The notes under the pieces are model-generated. The model saw only the letters and a list, made by a program, of their open reading frames with translations, was not told where the DNA came from and made no database searches. From assembly GCA_043819555.1 (NCBI GenBank), contig JBDREQ010000020.1, positions 89,132-153,131 of the forward strand: a DNA stretch of 64,000 bases. The letters are read 5' to 3'. Each line of letters starts with the position of its first letter. Positions within the stretch are counted from its first letter, which is position 1. Below are positions 57,887-64,000 of this stretch, one piece after another. The stretch comes from Candidatus Zixiibacteriota bacterium. GTDB lineage: Bacteria > Zixibacteria > MSB-5A5 > GN15 > JAAZOE01. The position numbers and the translations under genes were made by a program.

Positions 57887-60800
57887 ATGAATTCTGTAAG
57901 CGACAAAGCGATTAGACTCTTTACCTACCTGAAAGAGTTATCGAAGCTCCGAACAACGCATACAAAGGATGTTGCAAAGTACGATGAAGTTCTTTGGTTT
58001 TCGGATATTCCAAAGGAAAAACACTGCCATTGTATAGCATGGGATTTGTGGAGCCAGACAGAAGATGAAAAAGAGAGGGCAAAGGATATTTGGATTGAAG
58101 TTCACAAACCAAATTTGAAAAGTCCTCCTGAGGTTCCGGATGAATTGGAGCAGTGGATCAAAGATAATGAAGTATCTGACTCTGCTTTCGAGGAACCTGG
58201 ACTGCGTGATAAAATCACAATTACTACCGACTCTGATCCTGAAACAGGTGAGGAGATAACAGAGGTTCTCGCCTTAGATGACCATGCCAACATTTTCGAA
58301 CTGTGGATGAAGTATACAGACGAAAAATGGAAACCGTGGGCTGAGGAAGATAGACGACTTCAGAAAATCCAAGACGTTTACAATAGACTATATACTATCT
58401 ACCAAAGATCAGAAAAACTTGGTGAGCAGTATGAGGTCATAGTAGGTCTTGGCTTCCTACTTTGGCATTCGCCCAAGAGTGGCGAAGTACGTCATCCGCT
58501 GCTGTCAATTCATGCAAGGGTCAGTTTTGACAGCGTGAGAGGCATTATGAGTGTCTCTCATTCAATAGATGGACCACTGCCAAGGCTTGAGATAGATATG
58601 CTAGAAAATGAGGATCGTCCGAGCGTTAAGGATCAGCAGGGAATTCAGGAAATGGTAGATGAGCTTGACGGTGAACCCTGGCAGGGGTCTGCTCTAGAGG
58701 CCGTATTGAAATCACTTGCTAACGGTATCTCCACCAGAAGTAACTATGATAGAAGTATGTCGAAGCCTTCTACCATATCGGATGCCCCGCAGCTCTATTT
58801 GTCCCCCACTTTGATTCTTAGAAAGCGTACGCGAAGATCCTTCGTTGATTTCTATAGCAAGATTGTGGAACAGCTTGAGGATGGTGGTGAAGTTCCAGAT
58901 AGTGTGCGGGTCTTGGTGGAGATTATAGATAATGAAAGACAGCCCGAAGAAAGTGAACCTCATGCACACCCGCCAACAGTAGTTGGCAGCGACAGCGAAC
59001 TGTACTTTCCTCTCCCTTCCAATGATGAACAGAAACAGATTGCGGAGCGAATAGAGAATAACCGTGGTGTATTAGTCCAAGGGCCACCTGGAACAGGAAA
59101 ATCTCAAGCAATTGCGAATCTAGTCGCTCACTCACTCGCAAAGGGAAAGCGGATACTAGTTACAAGTGAAACTCCTCGAGCTCTGGAAGTGCTTTCGGAA
59201 ATGCTCCCAGAGGAGATCAGAGAATTGTGTGTCATGTGGTTGGGTTCAGGGCCTAAAGCTCAGGAATCGCTTGAGCGGTCAGTTCAAGGTATAACTCAGC
59301 GAAAGATTAATTGGGATTCCAATCATACAAGTAGAAATCTGGATGACTTAAGAAAACGATTAGATCAGATACGTAAGGACCAGGCAAAACTTCGAGGAGA
59401 CCTTACTGCTTGTCGCGAGGCCGATACCTATCGTCACACCAGTATTTGTGATAGCTATAGTGGAACATTGGAGAAGATTGCTGTTCAGATTAACGCCGAT
59501 AGGAGTAAATTTGAGTGGTTCATAGACCGACCAAGTCCTAATAAAGCAAATAGTATCACAACATCTGTTCTCATTGAACTCCTTGAGACCGACAGAATGA
59601 TGACAGATGATCTGAAGCGCGAGATCAAGATGCGGCATTTGACTATGGACGACTTGATTCCGCCTTCTCAATTCACAGTTCTATCTGACTCCGAAAAGGA
59701 AGCCCTTGATTTCCATGCGGGTATAGAACACAAAAGGAATTATCCAGGATACGAATCGTTAAAAGGGTTAAGTCCTAAGACAAGGATGCGGTTGCTCGAC
59801 CTGTCGAAAAGCCTAGTCAGTTGCATGGATGAACTAGCAAAGCATATTCACAGTTGGGTTGATCGTGCCGCACGTGAGATTGCTGCTGATCAAGACAGAG
59901 TGTGGCGACATTTACTTGAATTAACAGACCAACACATGAAAGAACTTTCAGATAGGTGTCAAGACGTTTCTACACTACGCATTGTAGGCTTAGAAGGTCT
60001 TGACTACACCGATGTAGCACTTCAGGCAAATTCTCTCAAGGAACATCTCGAAAGTGGTAAAGGATTGAGATACCTTGGGTTATTTAAGACTAAAGTTGTT
60101 AAAGATGCTTGGTATTTAGTAAAATCAGTTCGTGTAGAGGGAGTACCTTGTAAGTCTATCGCTACTCTCCAACGATTAATTGAGTGGCTCAACTATGATA
60201 GGCTACTAGGCCAATTGGATGATCAATGGAAAGCATATACCACTCCACCTGATGGCAATTATGCAACAAGGATTGCAGCTTACCAAGACTTATGTGAACC
60301 TCTCCGAGATGCAATAGAGATACATCCCACCGTACAGGAATTGAAGAACATCATTTCTCAGCACACGGGCGTGTTTTCGCCACACTGGCATTTGAGAGAC
60401 GAAGTAGAATCTCTGTGCGACGCCTTGGAAGCAGTGGAAAGCGATGAGAAGCTCCGCGCTGCGACTAATGAATTTGATCCCCTAGAACACAAAGTTTCAG
60501 AAACTGTGAAATACGATGATGCCCATCCAAATACACAGTTGATCCTCGATGCTATTCGTGAACGAGATAGGGTCAAGTATGAGCAGGCATATGAAGCGAT
60601 TAAGAGTATTGGTGACCTGATAAAGAGGTATGAAGTCACGAGAGAGACTTTACAACATTTCATCGACTTCACGCCAAAAACGGCTTCAGAGTATAAGAAC
60701 ACATTTAGTGAAGCCATTTGGGAGAACCGATTCAACACATTCCAGATGGCTTGTAACTGGGCAGGAACAGACCGCTGGTTGACTGAAATGTGCAGTGAGA

Positions 60801-62788
60801 ACCGTGCTGCTGAACTTGGAACGATGCTTGAGCAATGTGAAATTGATGAACGCAAAATCTTAAAAGAAATGGCAGCCCAAAAGTCGTGGCAACATTGCAT
60901 GAGAGGTTTAGGAGAGTTCGAAAGGCAAGCATTGATTGCTTGGATGCAGGCTGTGAAGAAAATTAGAGGTGGAACAGGCCGTCATGCAGAACGAAATCGT
61001 GAAGAAGCTAGGCGTAAATTAGTAGAATGTAGAAGTGCTATCCCTGCATGGGTTATGCCCTTATATCAAGTAGTTCAAACTACGAGCCCCGAAAAAGGGC
61101 TTTTCGATCTTGTTATTATCGATGAAGCCAGCCAATCTGGTCCGGAAGCTATTTTGCTTAACTATATTGGAACTAAGATTGTAGTAGTCGGAGATGACAA
61201 ACAAATTGCACCAGTTCACGTAGGAGTCAATCGTGATGATGTCACTCGACTCCAAGAGATGCATCTTAAGGAGATACCTCATAGAGAGTCATTCGATTTG
61301 GAAGGCAGTTTTTTCTCTCAAGCAGAACTGCGTTTTCCGGGTAGAGTTCGCCTGAGAGAGCACTTTCGCTGTATGCCAGAAATAATTCAATTCTCAAACC
61401 GTCTGTCATACAGTAGCGAGCCACTTATCCCTCTGCGTCAGTATGGTGCAGACCGCTTAGAACCTTGTAAGGCAACTCATGTTTCACATGGTTATCGTAC
61501 TGGGAAGTCCCCGAACATTGAAAATAGACCAGAAGCAGAAGCCATAGTTGAACAAGTGGTTCAATGCTTGGAGGATTCAGCGTATGAGGATAAGAGCTTC
61601 GGAGTTATTAGTCTTCTAGGAAATGCACAGACCACACTGATAGCAAAGCTTCTTATGAAAGAGGTTGGTGCTGACGAAATGGAAAACCGAAGACTGTTAT
61701 GCGGTAGCCCCTACGATTTTCAGGGAGATGAGCGAAATGTAGTATTTCTGAGCATGGTTGATGCTCCACAGGACGGTAGAACATGTCGCATGGTCCGTGA
61801 CTCTGAGACCCAGCGAAGGTTCAATGTAGCTGCTAGCCGAGCTAAGGATCAACTATGGCTGTTTCACTCTCCAACACTAAATGATCTTCGGACTGAATGT
61901 CTGCGTTATCGCCTATTGGAGCATTGTCTTAATCCAACAGTAGAACAAACACGGGTAGGTGATTATGATATTGATGAGCTTAGAAGACTAGCAAAAAGTG
62001 AAAGACGAGACCGAGTAAAGCCACCTGAACCCTTTGATAGTTGGTTTGAGGTTGATGTCTTCTTGAGAATCGTGGAACGAGGTTATCGCATTATACCCCA
62101 ACATGAAGTAGCAAATCGCAAGATTGACCTTTATGTTGAAGGGCTAAAAGGTGGACTGGCCGTCGAGTGCCATGGAGATAAGTGGCATGGTCCGGATCGG
62201 TTTAATAAGGATATGGAGCGAAAGCGACAACTAGAGAGATGTGGATGTAGATTCGCAATCATATGGGGAAGTCAGTTCTATCGCCATCCAGCCATAGCAC
62301 TTCAACCTCTTTGGGAGGAACTGGATAGACTTAAAATATATCCAGAACATAGATGGGAAGAAGAGAAACACAAGAAAGAGTTGCTAACCGCAAGTATGGC
62401 GGGTGATTCTTACGATGACAGCGATATGGATGATAATGGCAAGAACTATCGTGGCGATAATGTAAACAGCACAAATAAGAGAGATCATCCAGACCTGTTT
62501 CCACACAACGGCAATCATAAGGGTAAACGACATTCAAAGAGTATTTCGGCTAGTTTGATTCAAAACGGCATTATATCAGCACTTGAGCGATGTCCTCATA
62601 ATACGTGTACCACAAAATCTCTGACTAAACGTGTTCTAAAGGAGCTTGGCATTATAACCCGTGGCAATCCACGCTTGGAACTCGAGAAAAGGGTAAAACG
62701 AAACGTTGGAGTTTTGGTTCAAAAAGGTCAGGTCCAAGAATATAAAGCAAAGAACAATAGATTACGACTCCTGAAAAAAGGAACTTAG
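57887..62788 (+). CDS. UPF1-like SF1 helicase fused to a Vsr/DUF559-like nuclease and a C-terminal winged-helix-like domain; candidate anti-phage protein
   Basis: GPPGTGKS, IIDEASQ, VVGDDKQ, EHFRC, FQGDER, RFNVAASRAK; nuclease FDSWFE...IDL...LAVECHGDKWHG...RQLERCG. Confidence 0.88.
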   Translation: MNSVSDKAIRLFTYLKELSKLRTTHTKDVAKYDEVLWFSDIPKEKHCHCIAWDLWSQTEDEKERAKDIWIEVHKPNLKSPPEVPDELEQWIKDNEVSDSAFEEPGLRDKITITTDSDPETGEEITEVLALDDHANIFELWMKYTDEKWKPWAEEDRRLQKIQDVYNRLYTIYQRSEKLGEQYEVIVGLGFLLWHSPKSGEVRHPLLSIHARVSFDSVRGIMSVSHSIDGPLPRLEIDMLENEDRPSVKDQQGIQEMVDELDGEPWQGSALEAVLKSLANGISTRSNYDRSMSKPSTISDAPQLYLSPTLILRKRTRRSFVDFYSKIVEQLEDGGEVPDSVRVLVEIIDNERQPEESEPHAHPPTVVGSDSELYFPLPSNDEQKQIAERIENNRGVLVQGPPGTGKSQAIANLVAHSLAKGKRILVTSETPRALEVLSEMLPEEIRELCVMWLGSGPKAQESLERSVQGITQRKINWDSNHTSRNLDDLRKRLDQIRKDQAKLRGDLTACREADTYRHTSICDSYSGTLEKIAVQINADRSKFEWFIDRPSPNKANSITTSVLIELLETDRMMTDDLKREIKMRHLTMDDLIPPSQFTVLSDSEKEALDFHAGIEHKRNYPGYESLKGLSPKTRMRLLDLSKSLVSCMDELAKHIHSWVDRAAREIAADQDRVWRHLLELTDQHMKELSDRCQDVSTLRIVGLEGLDYTDVALQANSLKEHLESGKGLRYLGLFKTKVVKDAWYLVKSVRVEGVPCKSIATLQRLIEWLNYDRLLGQLDDQWKAYTTPPDGNYATRIAAYQDLCEPLRDAIEIHPTVQELKNIISQHTGVFSPHWHLRDEVESLCDALEAVESDEKLRAATNEFDPLEHKVSETVKYDDAHPNTQLILDAIRERDRVKYEQAYEAIKSIGDLIKRYEVTRETLQHFIDFTPKTASEYKNTFSEAIWENRFNTFQMACNWAGTDRWLTEMCSENRAAELGTMLEQCEIDERKILKEMAAQKSWQHCMRGLGEFERQALIAWMQAVKKIRGGTGRHAERNREEARRKLVECRSAIPAWVMPLYQVVQTTSPEKGLFDLVIIDEASQSGPEAILLNYIGTKIVVVGDDKQIAPVHVGVNRDDVTRLQEMHLKEIPHRESFDLEGSFFSQAELRFPGRVRLREHFRCMPEIIQFSNRLSYSSEPLIPLRQYGADRLEPCKATHVSHGYRTGKSPNIENRPEAEAIVEQVVQCLEDSAYEDKSFGVISLLGNAQTTLIAKLLMKEVGADEMENRRLLCGSPYDFQGDERNVVFLSMVDAPQDGRTCRMVRDSETQRRFNVAASRAKDQLWLFHSPTLNDLRTECLRYRLLEHCLNPTVEQTRVGDYDIDELRRLAKSERRDRVKPPEPFDSWFEVDVFLRIVERGYRIIPQHEVANRKIDLYVEGLKGGLAVECHGDKWHGPDRFNKDMERKRQLERCGCRFAIIWGSQFYRHPAIALQPLWEELDRLKIYPEHRWEEEKHKKELLTASMAGDSYDDSDMDDNGKNYRGDNVNSTNKRDHPDLFPHNGNHKGKRHSKSISASLIQNGIISALERCPHNTCTTKSLTKRVLKELGIITRGNPRLELEKRVKRNVGVLVQKGQVQEYKAKNNRLRLLKKGT

Positions 62789-62896
62789 GGTGGTCAATCA
62801 AACAAATACAGTTTACATTACCGTCAGGGAATTATGGCACTACGGCGATGAAATTCTGAAAGTGTATGATGTGTAATATTTGAAAGGTGGTAATAT

Positions 62897-64000
62897 ATGA
62901 AGTTGATTCAATTTCAAGTCTTTAACTATAGGTCGGTTAATGATAGTGGACCTATAGAAGTTCGCCAACAGACTTCTTTAGTTGGTCGCAACGAGAGCGG
63001 TAAAACCAACTTACTTATAGCACTTCAAAGTTTCAATCCTCCGGATGGAATGAAGGAGTTATCTTACGTCAAGGACTTTCCAAGGGATAGGCACAAGAAT
63101 GACTTTTCTGAAGATTTGAAAGTAGTTGAGACATTATGGGAAATAGACTCTGATGAACAGGCTGAATTAGCTTCTATCTTTCCAAGAGCAAAGGAAGTAA
63201 CTAAAGTAAGCATTGGTCGTAATTACAAAGCCACAAGGTGGCTCAGATTTGAAAATCTACCTGCTCTATCGGTCAAACCTGATAAAGTTGATACGTGTGT
63301 GAAAAAGATTCAACAGTCCATTAATAGCAGTCTAAAAGGAGTGGAGAACCCAGATCATCAAAAGGCTATTGCCGAAGGTCTTGAAACATTTGTGAAATCT
63401 GTACCAAGAGAAACCACCTATTTGGATAAATGGGCGACGACTACCCAAAGTGCTGTTACTGCATTAGAATCTACATTGTCATCTGTAGTATTTTCTGCAT
63501 CTGAGGTGGCAAGAGAGAATATTGAATTACTCAAGTCGATGGGAACAGGAATAATTGACGACAAAGCAAGACATGATAAAGCAAGAAGCTGGGCGGTTGA
63601 GAAAATGCCAGTTTTTATTTATCTTAACGAGTATCCCGAATTACAGGGACACCAAAACATACCTGAATATATTGTTCGTGCACAACAAGGGACTCTAACT
63701 AAAGCCGATGACAATTTCATCAAGCTATGCAAAGTTGCTGGTCTCGACCCTGAAGAGTTAAACACATTGCTGCAAGGTGACCATGAAACTAGGCAGCAAT
63801 TGGTTAATCGGGCTGGTGCAGTTGTAACCAATAAATTGAGGGAGCTATGGACTGATCGAGAGCTAAAAATCAGATTCAATCTTGACGCAAACCATTTTGA
63901 TACACTAATATGGGACCCCTCTTCCATTTATCCGGTGGAGATAAATCTGGATGAGCGAAGCAGAGGATTGAAATGGTTTTTTTCTTTCTATATAACTTTT
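62897..64000 (+). CDS. OLD/AAA_15-type ABC-like ATPase (runs off the window end)
   Basis: Not in the ORF track. MKLIQFQVFNYRSVNDSG...LVGRNESGKTNLL (Walker A); in the same frame at the edge LDERSRGLKWFFSFY (ABC signature-like). Confidence 0.85.
   Translation, partial: MKLIQFQVFNYRSVNDSGPIEVRQQTSLVGRNESGKTNLLIALQSFNPPDGMKELSYVKDFPRDRHKNDFSEDLKVVETLWEIDSDEQAELASIFPRAKEVTKVSIGRNYKATRWLRFENLPALSVKPDKVDTCVKKIQQSINSSLKGVENPDHQKAIAEGLETFVKSVPRETTYLDKWATTTQSAVTALESTLSSVVFSASEVARENIELLKSMGTGIIDDKARHDKARSWAVEKMPVFIYLNEYPELQGHQNIPEYIVRAQQGTLTKADDNFIKLCKVAGLDPEELNTLLQGDHETRQQLVNRAGAVVTNKLRELWTDRELKIRFNLDANHFDTLIWDPSSIYPVEINLDERSRGLKWFFSFYITF

Larger units (their letters stand above)
55823..64000. mobile_element. 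Left part of an integrated genomic island (continues beyond the window)
   Basis: Bounded by the tRNA-fragment att site; carries DUF932, RHH, helicase-nuclease and ATPase genes; no integrase seen within the window. Confidence 0.7.

Overview
Bacterial chromosomal window. The dockerin-like and FlgD/T9SS-type C-terminal tags and a TonB receptor-secreted protein-PorV triad suggest an FCB-superphylum lineage such as Zixibacteria (inference). From 1 to 41.6 kb the content is mostly core genome: a DUF4175/DUF4159 pair, fba, an omptin-like protease, a CDF transporter, and a five-gene signalling operon (orphan substrate-binding protein, HAMP kinase, two receivers, hybrid kinase) diverging from a TonB receptor/secreted protein/PorV-like operon, with matching sigma28-like promoters on both sides. 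Also present are rpmB, a DRG-like GTPase, REP-like palindromes, several peptidases, two tandem PEP-CTERM genes with identical sigma54/IHF/enhancer promoter geometry, and GTP-PEPCK. From 41.7 to 64 kb the content is accessory: a czcCBA-type efflux operon with extra Cys-rich genes, an IS3 remnant and a frameshifted MarR gene. Next is a 4.4-kb integrase-less cassette carrying a CLCA-like secreted metalloprotease, bounded by 160-bp direct repeats whose core is the anticodon arm of an initiator-type tRNA-Met. It is followed by the start of a second island (DUF932, RHH regulator, SF1 helicase-nuclease, OLD/AAA_15-type ATPase) that looks like a defence island. All calls come from reading motifs by eye; no database searches were run.
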